A stretch of 64,000 bases of DNA from an uncultured cyanobacterium (GTDB taxonomy: Bacteria > Cyanobacteriota > Cyanobacteriia > Pseudanabaenales > Pseudanabaenaceae). The position numbers and the translations under genes were made by a program. The first letter of the stretch is position 1. Every line of letters begins with the position of its first letter. The DNA lies in the NCBI GenBank assembly GCA_963703315.1, contig OY969811.1, positions 3,776,001-3,840,000 of the forward strand, in the 5' to 3' direction. The notes below the pieces were generated by a model. That model saw nothing but the letters and a program-made list of their open reading frames with translations. It ran no database searches and had not been told where the DNA came from. This document shows, one piece after another, positions 29,462-39,427 of this stretch.

Positions 29462-32400
29462 GGGGGGAAGGGGGCGCGATCGCCTTCATCTACCCACTGC
29501 ACTCTAGGCGGCTCTTTGAGTGGCTGTGTTGCTAAGAAAATCGTGAAATTTGGGGCGGTGATAATCTGGATATTACCCTGTGTATAGGGACCTGGAAACG
29601 ATCGCGCTGTAAAGATGGTGTTTCCTGCGCCAGTAGTCAGAACTCCATCAGTTCCATTAATCAAGGAGCTAAAGACATTAAAAGGCTCAAACCTTGTGCC
29701 GCCGTCATGACGAATGATAATCACCCCGTCTCCTGCTGTCCCTGCGGTACTGATACTGGCTACCAATCCATTTTGGTCAATGAAAGTACCACTAATCCTA
29801 ACAAACCGATTCGATGTCAGATCGACAGTCCCGCCAACACCTCCAAACCCTTGAGCATTGATCGCCCCAGTGAATATATCTAAGAGAGGATCGAGGAAGA
29901 TATTACCGCCACTGCCTGATAATCCCACAGCACTGAGAGTTCCAGTTGTGATGGAGGTGAGTGCTTGGATGTTGATGTTACCGCCCGATGTGCCATTGAC
30001 ATTGAGATTGCCTGTATTGACGATGCCCTGTGGTGCTAATAGGGTCAGGCTATTCCCAGCCCCCACCGCAGAGGCGAGGTTGATATCTTGAGTGGTGACG
30101 TTGCCTGTGGCTGCGTTGATGGTGAGATTGGCGGCGGTTCCTGCTTGAATGTTGATGGGCGCAACAATATTAATATCGCCATTGAGGGTGCTGAGGGTGG
30201 AAGTACCTGTAATTGTAGTGGGATTGGAGATCTGCAAGCCATTAGTTGTGTTAATGCCGCCTGACATAGAGATATTGCTGGCATTGAGGCTGATGGTAAT
30301 TAGGCGATCGCTTGCTCCAAGTGCGCCATTGAGATTAATGTTGCCAGTACCAGCATCGAGTGTTAATCCAAAGTTATTTCCAGTCAGACTATTAACAGTT
30401 CCATTGGTGCTAATGTCGCCGTTATTGCTATTGATTGCGATGTTTGTGCCAAGTCTTGTATTGCCCGTGAGTGTTAGTGCTTGACCAGTAGTTGTGATAT
30501 CAGCATTGAGATTAATCCCTACTGGAGATATTAAAGTGGCTGAAGTGTTGAATGTGATCGGAGCAGTAACTGAGATACTGCCAACACTAGCATCACCAAT
30601 GGAAAGCATTACACCAGTAATCGAGGCGATCGCAGTTGATGTCAGGTTAAATGAGTTGGAATCTGTACCACCTAAAACGATATTTCGATTTGCTGAACTA
30701 GGTTTTAAGATGAGAGTATTCGTTCCAGTAATCGGTGCGGTTAAATTGATCTGATCAGCAATCGCTGATACAGCATTACCTCCTGCGGCAAGTCCTCCAT
30801 TGAGTGAGATAGTTCCAGTTCCTGCATTGAGGGTTGATGCTGCTGTAGTAGTTAGCAATGAGTTAAGAGTAATATCGCTATTAGCTGTAGTGATATTGCC
30901 TTTCAGGTTTGTGGTTTGGGCGGCTATCGTCACTCCTGTGAGGGGAGTTGTACTTCCAATTGCTCCTTGTAAGTCAACAGTTCCTGTATTGGCGATTATA
31001 TTGAGAATTTTTGCGCCATCAATGGTACTAGTAAAGGTGATATTTCCGCTATTTATCGCACTAGTATTTAGGGTGACTTGAGGTTGGATTTTAGAAGCCA
31101 AAGATGTATCTAAGTTTGGATTTAGCAATGGATCTAGAATAAATTTGCCATCAAAAGTAATATTTCCTCCTGCTATGCCTAAACTAGAACCTGTGACTAT
31201 GGATTGTACAAAAGTAGGATTACTGGAATCTTGAACAAAATAAGCACCGATAGTTCCATTTCTTGCACTTAGAGAAACATCTCCACCTCTACCAGAATAT
31301 GAGCTAGAGTTTAAGTTAAATACGGTGATATTGCCTTCAGAACTAGTGATATTTATATTACTTGCGGTCTGATTGTTGTTATAACTTACATCTGTGGCGA
31401 TGCCTCCTAGTCCAGTAACGATATCTCCTTTTGCTTCTATTCTCACCGTTCCAGAATTACGGATTGCAGTACTTGCTGCTGCTACGCTTTGACTATCAGC
31501 ACCAGCATCTAAGATAGAGTTACCGTTCATCGTGATAGAGCCATTGGGACTCAATAACTCTATATTGCCTGCCCGAAGACTAACGGCTATATCTGTACTT
31601 TGGGGAAAGGTCTCAACCCCACATTTACCTGCTAATGTAGTTGCACAACTAAACAAGATATTTCCATTATTTGCTTTGACAGATACATCTGCTCCATTAC
31701 CAGATTGAGAAAATGCTCTTAATAGACCCTCAACAGTTACACTTCCTGCGGATTCAATGCTAATTTTCCCAGCATTGCCACCCAATACAGAGGCAGGTGT
31801 AGATATAGAGGAGGCGGTTGTATCAATGGATGTTACCGTAATATTTCCTGTTGTAGTCTTGAGACTAAATGCTCCTGAATCTCTGCCTCCAGAAGTCTGT
31901 AAGCCCCCAGAAGTTGCTGAAGCATTGTTTACATTAAGATTGATATTGTCAAAAGCATTAATAGATACTGCTCCCCCCTGACCACTGGCGGATCTGGTAA
32001 ATATGCCTCTGCTATTAGACATATTGATATTTCCGTTCGTACTCGTGATTGTAACATTACCCGAATCCCTACCATTATTAAATTCTAATGCTGTACTTAT
32101 AAACCCAGTTTCTATATTTATGTCATCTCTAGCTGATAAGGTTATTGAGCCTGTGATGCCATCACTACCTGAAGCGGCATTAAGCGCCGCATTATTACGC
32201 ATAAAGATAGAACCATTTTCGCTTTTTATGCTAATATTCCCAGAATTACCAAGACCTGATAAAGGAGCGGCAGCAGCTCCTGGAAAAGTTTCCACACCAC
32301 AAGCTCCTGCGTACAGACTGGTACAATTAAATGAGATATTTCCATTTGCATTGACTAAAACATCGCCACCATTAGCAAAATCAGAAAAAGCACGCAATAG

Positions 32401-34242
32401 AACACTAACTGTAAAATCTCTCTTAGAATCAATTGTGATATTGCCAGCATTCCCACCTCCTAGACCAAGAGAGACAACATCAATTCCTGCTATTGTAATG
32501 TCACCTGCCGTAGTTTTAAGATTGATACTTCCTGCATTACCTTCTGCCCCAAAAGTACGAGCAAGAATAGTACCAGCAGTTATATTTGCTGCTTCTATTG
32601 TAATATTTCTTCCTCTAGCTTGCAAATAGCTATTCGAGGGCATCGAAAAAGTTCCTCCTGCTGCTTTAAAATTTACTAAGCCAGTTCCAGTTTGAAAAGT
32701 TAATACTGGAGAAAGACCTATATTTGACTCAACTAAAGATTCAGTAAGGGGTCCAATCGTAATATTATTGGTTGCTTCAAGAATAATATTTTGGTTTGAA
32801 GCTAATGCTTCAAGTGTTGCTTGGCTAATAGTGATAGTTCCAGAAAGATCGGTTTCAAAAATATCAGGCAAGCCTCCATCTATAACTGGAACACCTGCTG
32901 AATCAAGCACATTATTTGCAATAATAATATTGTCAGGATCGAGCAATAATGTACCTCCTTTTCCGATCGCTGCATTAAGATCGACTTTTCCATCAAAAAC
33001 AAGATTCTGTTTACCTGAAACCTCAACAAAACCACCATCACCAGAAATTGCTCCCCCACGCGCACTAATACTTCCAAAAAACCTCGCCGCATTATCCGCC
33101 CATACAATTACTCTCCCTCCATTACCAGACTGCAACGCATCCGCCTTAATCGTCGAATCTGCACTCACAAAAGTCATCAACGCATTCGGGATTACTCCCT
33201 TACCCTGAAAATCCCCACCAATAAATACCGAGCCACCACCATTCACACCCGAAGCATCGATATTTGCACTCACTAAACCAACGCGATCGCCTAATATCTG
33301 AATCTTAGGCGTAACTTGAGAAGGATTAACCACAGTCGAAGCAACCGACACATTCCCACTCACGATCGCAGTTCCCGCCGTATTCGGAATCACCGTCTGT
33401 GAATTGGTTAATTGCGCTTGCCCCTGACTATTCAGCGATATACCCGAACTACTATCCAGCTTGCCAGTAGTTAACAAACTGGGCAGATCCAAAGCTTTAA
33501 CTGGTAAGTCATTGCCTTGAGCATCCTTTGGTTGTGGAAACTCAAAACTTAACCCCTCCACCCCGACATTTAGCCGCAACCGACCATCAGGTATAGCGAC
33601 AATGCCAACCGAACCATTAGGCGCAGAGATGGTTCCCGTATTCACCACAGTTGACGCGGCAAGAGTTACCGACTTGCCCTCATCAACTGTCAGATTGCCA
33701 GAGTTAACGATCGCAGCAGGATTATTCGGATCAAACTCTAAACCAGTCAGGTTGCCTGTCAGATTGCTGTAATTAGGATTATAAATATCCAGATTGCGAT
33801 CGCCAAACCAAGCAGTTCTCGCTGTCGATGCTGTGAAACTCCCATTAACATTTAGTTGAGCATTATTACCAAAAATGAAACCCGCAGGATTTAACAGATA
33901 TAAATTCGCATTCGAGCCTGTCACCTGAATAGTGCCATTAATCACCGAAGGATCGCCCCCAGTCACCCCACCAAGTATATTCTGCACCTGTGGCAACACT
34001 ACAAAATTAGCCGTTTGACCAGTCTGGACATTAAACCCTTGGAAACTGTGAAAGACATTTGCGCCATTTCCTGACGTAGTTCCGCCCCTAATATCAATCC
34101 GATCTCCATTTGGCAAAACTACCGTTCCCGTTCCGTTATTTGCAGGCACGATCTGCACTTGCGCGATCGCAGGCAAAGCTTGAAAAATTTGTAAAGAAAA
34201 TGCAACAAATAAAACCCGAAGCCCATTCATAGCTAAGCGCAT
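29389..34242 (-). CDS. Filamentous haemagglutinin family TpsA exoprotein (N-terminal part)
   Basis: Signal peptide ending AIA-Q; TPS domain NVFHSF..FNV and NLYLLNPAGFIFG; GGFVEVSG, GTLLLDP; beta-helix repeats. Confidence 0.92.
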   Translation of the reverse strand: MRLAMNGLRVLFVAFSLQIFQALPAIAQVQIVPANNGTGTVVLPNGDRIDIRGGTTSGNGANVFHSFQGFNVQTGQTANFVVLPQVQNILGGVTGGDPSVINGTIQVTGSNANLYLLNPAGFIFGNNAQLNVNGSFTASTARTAWFGDRNLDIYNPNYSNLTGNLTGLEFDPNNPAAIVNSGNLTVDEGKSVTLAASTVVNTGTISAPNGSVGIVAIPDGRLRLNVGVEGLSFEFPQPKDAQGNDLPVKALDLPSLLTTGKLDSSSGISLNSQGQAQLTNSQTVIPNTAGTAIVSGNVSVASTVVNPSQVTPKIQILGDRVGLVSANIDASGVNGGGSVFIGGDFQGKGVIPNALMTFVSADSTIKADALQSGNGGRVIVWADNAARFFGSISARGGAISGDGGFVEVSGKQNLVFDGKVDLNAAIGKGGTLLLDPDNIIIANNVLDSAGVPVIDGGLPDIFETDLSGTITISQATLEALASNQNIILEATNNITIGPLTESLVESNIGLSPVLTFQTGTGLVNFKAAGGTFSMPSNSYLQARGRNITIEAANITAGTILARTFGAEGNAGSINLKTTAGDITIAGIDVVSLGLGGGNAGNITIDSKRDFTVSVLLRAFSDFANGGDVLVNANGNISFNCTSLYAGACGVETFPGAAAAPLSGLGNSGNISIKSENGSIFMRNNAALNAASGSDGITGSITLSARDDINIETGFISTALEFNNGRDSGNVTITSTNGNINMSNSRGIFTRSASGQGGAVSINAFDNINLNVNNASATSGGLQTSGGRDSGAFSLKTTTGNITVTSIDTTASSISTPASVLGGNAGKISIESAGSVTVEGLLRAFSQSGNGADVSVKANNGNILFSCATTLAGKCGVETFPQSTDIAVSLRAGNIELLSPNGSITMNGNSILDAGADSQSVAAASTAIRNSGTVRIEAKGDIVTGLGGIATDVSYNNNQTASNINITSSEGNITVFNLNSSSYSGRGGDVSLSARNGTIGAYFVQDSSNPTFVQSIVTGSSLGIAGGNITFDGKFILDPLLNPNLDTSLASKIQPQVTLNTSAINSGNITFTSTIDGAKILNIIANTGTVDLQGAIGSTTPLTGVTIAAQTTNLKGNITTANSDITLNSLLTTTAASTLNAGTGTISLNGGLAAGGNAVSAIADQINLTAPITGTNTLILKPSSANRNIVLGGTDSNSFNLTSTAIASITGVMLSIGDASVGSISVTAPITFNTSATLISPVGINLNADITTTGQALTLTGNTRLGTNIAINSNNGDISTNGTVNSLTGNNFGLTLDAGTGNINLNGALGASDRLITISLNASNISMSGGINTTNGLQISNPTTITGTSTLSTLNGDINIVAPINIQAGTAANLTINAATGNVTTQDINLASAVGAGNSLTLLAPQGIVNTGNLNVNGTSGGNINIQALTSITTGTLSAVGLSGSGGNIFLDPLLDIFTGAINAQGFGGVGGTVDLTSNRFVRISGTFIDQNGLVASISTAGTAGDGVIIIRHDGGTRFEPFNVFSSLINGTDGVLTTGAGNTIFTARSFPGPYTQGNIQIITAPNFTIFLATQPLKEPPRVQWVDEGDRAPFPPKSFTPESLKSFSATLFPISNQLR

Positions 34243-34447
34243 AGATCCTATCCCTGATTCACTTAAGCCCTAAATTACTCAAAAATCATATAAATCCAGC
34301 TTTTGAACTTAAATCTATATTTTTCTGATTAATTGGCTAGCAATATATAGCAAAAAGGTGTATAAATCACGCACTTACCGACAATTTTTTTGGGATTGTC
34401 AGTTTAAGTCAGTAAAAAGCATTTATCTTAGGGGCGAAAGTCAGTCT

Positions 34448-36154
34448 ATGTTGTTCACTAAGCTTATATCTAAAGCTATATTTAAGATTCATGTATTCGT
34501 GATCACGATTTTTTGTGGCGGGAGTTTGAGTGTTGGAATCACGTCAACGGCGATCGCGCAATCAAACTTAGATCATCCAAAAACAGATAATGAAGCTTTT
34601 ACCATTACTGATGTCATCTTCAGAACTGAAAAAGGCGAAAGTCAAATTTATACAGACTACGATTGGGAACCATATAGGAGAGCAATCCGATGGAAAGATG
34701 ACATGACCAAGGCAAAGATAGATATTATTCTGAATCAACTAATTACCGACCTTTATCTTAATAAAGGGTACATAACCTCTAGAGCCACAATTCAACTAAA
34801 GAACATTTACCTCCCTACAAGGACTGCCACCATAGAAATAATCGAAGGAGGCTTATGCAAAATTAAGTGGGATGAGTCACAACCAACAACACGGTTGAAC
34901 AGAAACTATATTCTTGATCGCATTCAAATTCCTAATACTATTCCCCTCAATATCAACCGACTTGAAGATCAACTCCGACTTTTAAAAAATGATCCCCAAA
35001 TTGAAAATGCTGAGTTCACCATTGAACCAGCCGCAAATGAGCCAAATTGTCAGAACCCACTAATTAAACCAGAAAGAAGTTCCAATATCTTGGTTCGAGT
35101 AAAAGAAGCAAATCCTTTAAGTATTAGTACTTCCATAAATAACTACTCACCACCCAGTGTCGGCGGAGAGCAGATAGGCGTAAATGCTAGTCATCAGAAT
35201 CTTACAGGAATTGGCGATCGCCTTAGTCTTAGCTACAATCGCTCCTTTACAGGTGGCTCTAATATCTATGACTTCAGCTATTCAACACCGATAAACCCCA
35301 TGAATGGCTCTCTCAATTTGCGAACAGCACTTACCCGTAGTACAATTACAGAAGTTCCATTTGATCGGTTTGGCATTGCCGCCAAATCCCAACTCTACGA
35401 AATTCAATATCGCCAACCCTTCATCCGTTCATTCGTTGAAGAATTTGCCCTTTCCTTTGGATTCACCGCCAAAGATGGACAGACATTTTTATTTAACAAT
35501 CTCGCCACTCCCTTTGGCTTTGGAGCGGATGTTAATGGCATCACCCGCACCAGCGTATTCACCTTTGGACAAGACTATCTCAAGCGTGACGAACAAGGAG
35601 CTTGGTTCTTTCAGTCAGCCTTTAAATTAGGAACAGGATTAGTAAATTCCACAATCAATGCTGCCCCTATCCCTGATAGCCGTTTTTTAAATTGGAACCT
35701 TCAAGGTCAGCGCTGGCAAAAAATAAATGACGATAATCTCTTGATCCTCCAAGCCGATCTGCAATTAACACCAGATAGCCTCTTACCATCAGAGCAATTT
35801 ATCGTTGGTGGTGGACAAACCCTCAGAGGCTACCGCCAAAGTGCCAGATCTGGCGACAATGGATTTCGTTTTTCTGCGGAAAATCGAGTCACGCTACAAC
35901 GCAACGGTGCAGGACAACCAACTTTTCAGATTGCACCATTCTTTAATATGGGTTCCGTTTGGAATCGGGACGATAATCCTAATTTTTTAATAGGTCAAAA
36001 CTTTTTAATGAGTCTTGGCACGGGGCTGATTTGGGAACCTTTCAAAAATCTAAATATGCGCTTTGACTATGCAATTCCTATCACAGCGATCGAAGATCGC
36101 AAAAATAATCTCCAAGATCAGGGGCTTAACTTTAGCTTTAACTATAAATTTTAG
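34448..36154 (+). CDS. ShlB/FhaC/HecB family TpsB outer-membrane transporter
   Basis: POTRA YLNKGYITSRA, EQFIVGGGQTLRGY (VRGY-type motif), terminal FNYKF; ATG at 34448 preferred over GTG at 34358. Confidence 0.93.
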   Translation: MLFTKLISKAIFKIHVFVITIFCGGSLSVGITSTAIAQSNLDHPKTDNEAFTITDVIFRTEKGESQIYTDYDWEPYRRAIRWKDDMTKAKIDIILNQLITDLYLNKGYITSRATIQLKNIYLPTRTATIEIIEGGLCKIKWDESQPTTRLNRNYILDRIQIPNTIPLNINRLEDQLRLLKNDPQIENAEFTIEPAANEPNCQNPLIKPERSSNILVRVKEANPLSISTSINNYSPPSVGGEQIGVNASHQNLTGIGDRLSLSYNRSFTGGSNIYDFSYSTPINPMNGSLNLRTALTRSTITEVPFDRFGIAAKSQLYEIQYRQPFIRSFVEEFALSFGFTAKDGQTFLFNNLATPFGFGADVNGITRTSVFTFGQDYLKRDEQGAWFFQSAFKLGTGLVNSTINAAPIPDSRFLNWNLQGQRWQKINDDNLLILQADLQLTPDSLLPSEQFIVGGGQTLRGYRQSARSGDNGFRFSAENRVTLQRNGAGQPTFQIAPFFNMGSVWNRDDNPNFLIGQNFLMSLGTGLIWEPFKNLNMRFDYAIPITAIEDRKNNLQDQGLNFSFNYKF

Positions 36155-36161
36155 AATGTGA

Positions 36162-37673
36162 CTACTTTTTCTTGCCTCCTTTGTCTTTTTTTGATGGAGG
36201 CTCACGATTAAGGGTTGGTAAAACTTGCTCATCAGGTCTTAGTTCAAGCGCCTTGGCAAAGGCAGCGATCGCCTCTTGCTCACGCCCAAGACTTCTTAGT
36301 AATAAGCCCTTTGCACCCCAAGCATCAGCACTTTTGGGATCTAATTTGATTGCTTCTTCTATTTTGGCTAAAGCTTCTTGAGGCTTATTATTACGATTGA
36401 GAATCAATGCTTGAGCAAGCAATTCTTCGATAGATAAAGGCGAAGATGCAGGGCTTGGCGATGCCGTAGCGCTTGGTGTTGGCACTGGCAATGGAGGCGT
36501 AGGCAAAACAACTGGAGGCGTAGGCAAAACAACTGGAGGCGTAGGCAAGACTGGTGGCGTGGGATTATTAGTAAGTTCGGGGGCATTTTTTGCCGACTTA
36601 CCAATGAGCATCATGAGCATTAATAGAAGTAATAGTGCGCCGCCACCAGCAATCCACATCCAAATTGGAAATGTACGAATTGGTGATGATGGGGTAAAGC
36701 CGACAGTGTGGAGTTGACTAGGATGCTCATCTTGAGAATAGGGAGATTGCGGTACAACCTGTGTAGCTGTGATGATCGTTGCGGCATTACTGTTGAGGTT
36801 GCGATTACTCGCATTCAGGACAGTTGGTAATTCATGTTCGGAAATACTGGGCAAAGCGACGATCGCCTCTAGCACCTCTGAAGCAGTTTGATAACGCTGA
36901 CGAAAATCGTAGCGGATCATTTTGTCGAGAATATCCAGAAATTGGGGTGAGTAATTACCCTGTACGCGATCGCGCCACATTAATTCAGCAGTGTCAGGAT
37001 TTTCGGTAAATAGGCGTGGCTCTGCGCCTGTAATTGCTTGGATGCCCATCATCCCCACCGCATAAATGTCGCTACTAAAGCGCGGTTTGCCATTAAGCTG
37101 CTCGATCGGCATATAACCGGGGGAACCGATCGCGATTGTTAGATTTGTATTGCCTTGTGGATCGACAGCAAGACTACCTATTTCCTTCACTGCCCCAAAA
37201 TCGATCAGGACAATCTTGTGATCAGAGTTCCGTCGAATCAAGTTAGCTGGTTTGATATCCCGATGCACCACCCCGCGCTCATGGACATACACTAATATTT
37301 CTAAAACTTCTTTGAGCAAGGCGATCGCTACCACTTCAGGCGATCGCTTACCATTACATACTTCTCCAGTGAGATCCTTGCCATCAGCAAATTCCTGCAC
37401 TAAATAAAATTCTTCGCCTTCTTGAAAGTGAGCGAGCAAACGCGGAATGCGATCGTGAGATCCTAATGAGTAGAGCATCTCTGCTTCTTGATCGAAGAGT
37501 CTCTTGGCAGTTTCCAACACAAAAGGCTCATTTGATATGGGCTTGAGTTGCTTCACCACACAGGTAGGATGTGTCGGCAAATCAATGTCTTCAGCCAGAT
37601 AGGTCTGTCCAAAACCACCACCACCAAGGTGGCTAATAATCTTGTAATGCCCTCTAAGTACTGTGTTTAACAC
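36162..37673 (-). CDS. Ser/Thr protein kinase with TM helix, Pro-rich linker and C-terminal TPRs
   Basis: LGGGGFGQTY, VVKQL, HRDIKPAN, IDFG, SDIYAVG; GTG at 37673 preferred because the longer ORF runs through an intergenic palindrome. Confidence 0.93.
   Translation of the reverse strand: MLNTVLRGHYKIISHLGGGGFGQTYLAEDIDLPTHPTCVVKQLKPISNEPFVLETAKRLFDQEAEMLYSLGSHDRIPRLLAHFQEGEEFYLVQEFADGKDLTGEVCNGKRSPEVVAIALLKEVLEILVYVHERGVVHRDIKPANLIRRNSDHKIVLIDFGAVKEIGSLAVDPQGNTNLTIAIGSPGYMPIEQLNGKPRFSSDIYAVGMMGIQAITGAEPRLFTENPDTAELMWRDRVQGNYSPQFLDILDKMIRYDFRQRYQTASEVLEAIVALPSISEHELPTVLNASNRNLNSNAATIITATQVVPQSPYSQDEHPSQLHTVGFTPSSPIRTFPIWMWIAGGGALLLLLMLMMLIGKSAKNAPELTNNPTPPVLPTPPVVLPTPPVVLPTPPLPVPTPSATASPSPASSPLSIEELLAQALILNRNNKPQEALAKIEEAIKLDPKSADAWGAKGLLLRSLGREQEAIAAFAKALELRPDEQVLPTLNREPPSKKDKGGKKK
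36490..36560 (-). repeat. 21-nt tandem repeat encoding VVLPTPP
   Basis: TGGAGGCGTAGGCAA repeated three times at 21-nt period. Confidence 0.85.
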
Positions 37674-37761
37674 ATTTTTTGCCGTAAATAATCTATAGGT
37701 TATTATCGCAAAGACTAGCTGATTAAACCCCAGCAAAATAAATGATTGTATAGCAGTAAAT

Positions 37762-37814
37762 ATAAAACCCATGTGAGTTACGGTGCTTCGCACCGTAACT
37801 CACATGGGTTTTAT
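37762..37814. repeat. Perfect 25-bp-arm palindrome
   Basis: ATAAAACCCATGTGAGTTACGGTGC-TTC-GCACCGTAACTCACATGGGTTTTAT. Confidence 0.85.
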
Positions 37815-37830
37815 GTCTTAAATTAAGCGA

Positions 37831-38505
37831 TTACAAATATTTTGCCCAAATATCAACCACCTCTTGAGAGCCATACCACTTACCCGATCGCGGTGAATGA
37901 TAGACACCATCGATCGCCATATTCGTAGCTCCATCCAAATACGCAGCTTCAATGGGAATGATTCCATCACCCCATACATCGCCTTGACCAATAGTCAGTT
38001 CATAACTACTATAGGCAAGCCATTTTTTAGGCGTAGATTTTGCGCCTTGTACAGCATTTCCTGCGATACAGATATATTCAATATCATCATAAAAAGCATC
38101 AGGATAATGATCATTGACAAAGCCTAAATTTGGCAATGACCAAGGCTCAAGGCTGCGTTGGGGTGTGCCTAGACAAACTAGTTTGGCAACTTTAGAACGT
38201 GCATTCCACACTTTGTCGTAATAGGGGCGATCGCCTAGATAAATGCGGGAGAGCCATCCCCCTGCGGAATGGGCGATGATATTAACCTTTGATGCACCTG
38301 TTTTGGCTAATTCTTGATTTACGGTTTGGTCAAGTTTTTCTAAGATGGGGGCGATTGATCGCCCGCCAACAGTCGGAACCCAATCCCACCATTTCAAAGG
38401 AACCACCGTTGCTGATAAATTTTTATTTTCTAATTTCTTGGTGATCGGGATGTAGTCAGATGCCCCCGCGAGATAGCCAGCCAGAATAATATTTGGAGTA
38501 GTCAT
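37831..38505 (-). CDS. Alpha/beta hydrolase (esterase/lipase-like)
   Basis: AHSAGG nucleophile elbow, LGTP, GDGIIP, YHSP. Confidence 0.85.
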   Translation of the reverse strand: MTTPNIILAGYLAGASDYIPITKKLENKNLSATVVPLKWWDWVPTVGGRSIAPILEKLDQTVNQELAKTGASKVNIIAHSAGGWLSRIYLGDRPYYDKVWNARSKVAKLVCLGTPQRSLEPWSLPNLGFVNDHYPDAFYDDIEYICIAGNAVQGAKSTPKKWLAYSSYELTIGQGDVWGDGIIPIEAAYLDGATNMAIDGVYHSPRSGKWYGSQEVVDIWAKYL

Positions 38506-38589
38506 ATAAAGCCCAGAATATATAAAGATACTTTACTTCGTGGCAATGTGGAAGCGCACACCTTCGGGGTAGGCTTCCACATTGCTAGA

Positions 38590-38793
38590 TTACTTTTCGT
38601 CAGGACGCTGACTCAGACAACTACCGCCCCGTGCTGCATTGCGAAAGGTTTGCACAACTTCAACGGTATTAATATGACCACAATAGGGACAGTAAACTTG
38701 TTCACCAATTTGTGGCTCAATGTCGGCGCGGCTCCACCATTTATTACAGCGATCGCAATGAAAGTGATACAGAAATTCGAGGGAAACTTTCAT
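38590..38793 (-). CDS. Small zinc-ribbon protein
   Basis: CDRC and CPYC motifs; ATGA overlap with the upstream Uma2 gene. Confidence 0.7.
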   Translation of the reverse strand: MKVSLEFLYHFHCDRCNKWWSRADIEPQIGEQVYCPYCGHINTVEVVQTFRNAARGGSCLSQRPDEK

Positions 38794-39383
38794 AGGCTTG
38801 AGCGAAATGATTGCCGAAATGTCTTTAAGGCTTCAAGAGGTGATGCACTTAGAATACAGCGCTGTAATGTTGCCATGTCGAGATTGGGCAGAAATTTGCT
38901 AGTTGAGGATTTGCGGTACTGGCGATCGCTTTGAGTATCTAGATGATAAATATCAAGCACTCCATCCTCCCATAGCCAAACTTCAGGAACTCCAAGCAAA
39001 TAATATTTTTTTAATTTCTCTGTATTGCCACTGGTCAAAATTACTTCTATGGCTAGATCAGGAATCTTTTTCGGGCTACCAAAGCTATAGGACTCATCGG
39101 GTTGCAAAGAGACTTGTTCTACTTTTTCTTGAGTGGCTTGCCCCATCGGGAAAAACTCAATTTCCATTTCTAGAAAATATAGTTCCAGTAATGCGCCAAT
39201 GATCGTTTTAATTAGCTCATGATCAATTGAAGTGGACACAATCTCTAAAATACCTTCGTAATAGGCTAGACGAATCCCTCGTGAATCAGCAAAACCGCGT
39301 TGAATCAGCTTGAACTGTTCCCATGTAATTAGGGTTTGTTCAATTCGGACTTCGGGCTGTGGTTTAGATTTGGTTAGTAGCAT
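38790..39383 (-). CDS. Uma2 family endonuclease-like protein
   Basis: ITWEQF, RLAYYEGILEI, QPDESY, PDLAIEV, LGVPEVW. Confidence 0.9.
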   Translation of the reverse strand: MLLTKSKPQPEVRIEQTLITWEQFKLIQRGFADSRGIRLAYYEGILEIVSTSIDHELIKTIIGALLELYFLEMEIEFFPMGQATQEKVEQVSLQPDESYSFGSPKKIPDLAIEVILTSGNTEKLKKYYLLGVPEVWLWEDGVLDIYHLDTQSDRQYRKSSTSKFLPNLDMATLQRCILSASPLEALKTFRQSFRSSL

Positions 39384-39427
39384 TTTGATATCCCAACTAA
39401 TTAATTAAAAAGACACTTCGTGTCTTT

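Noticed and set aside
29858..33208. Several plus-strand ORFs of 74-208 aa
   Set aside because: Antisense shadows of the repetitive TpsA coding sequence
34318..34390. Further copies of the sigma promoter motif between tpsA and tpsB
   Set aside because: Only half matches (TCAGAAAA with a TATATAT upstream box; TGTATAA without CAGAA); too weak in AT-rich DNA
37674..37793. N-terminal 40-aa extension of the Ser/Thr kinase
   Set aside because: Runs through an intergenic palindrome; the kinase domain starts right after GTG 37673
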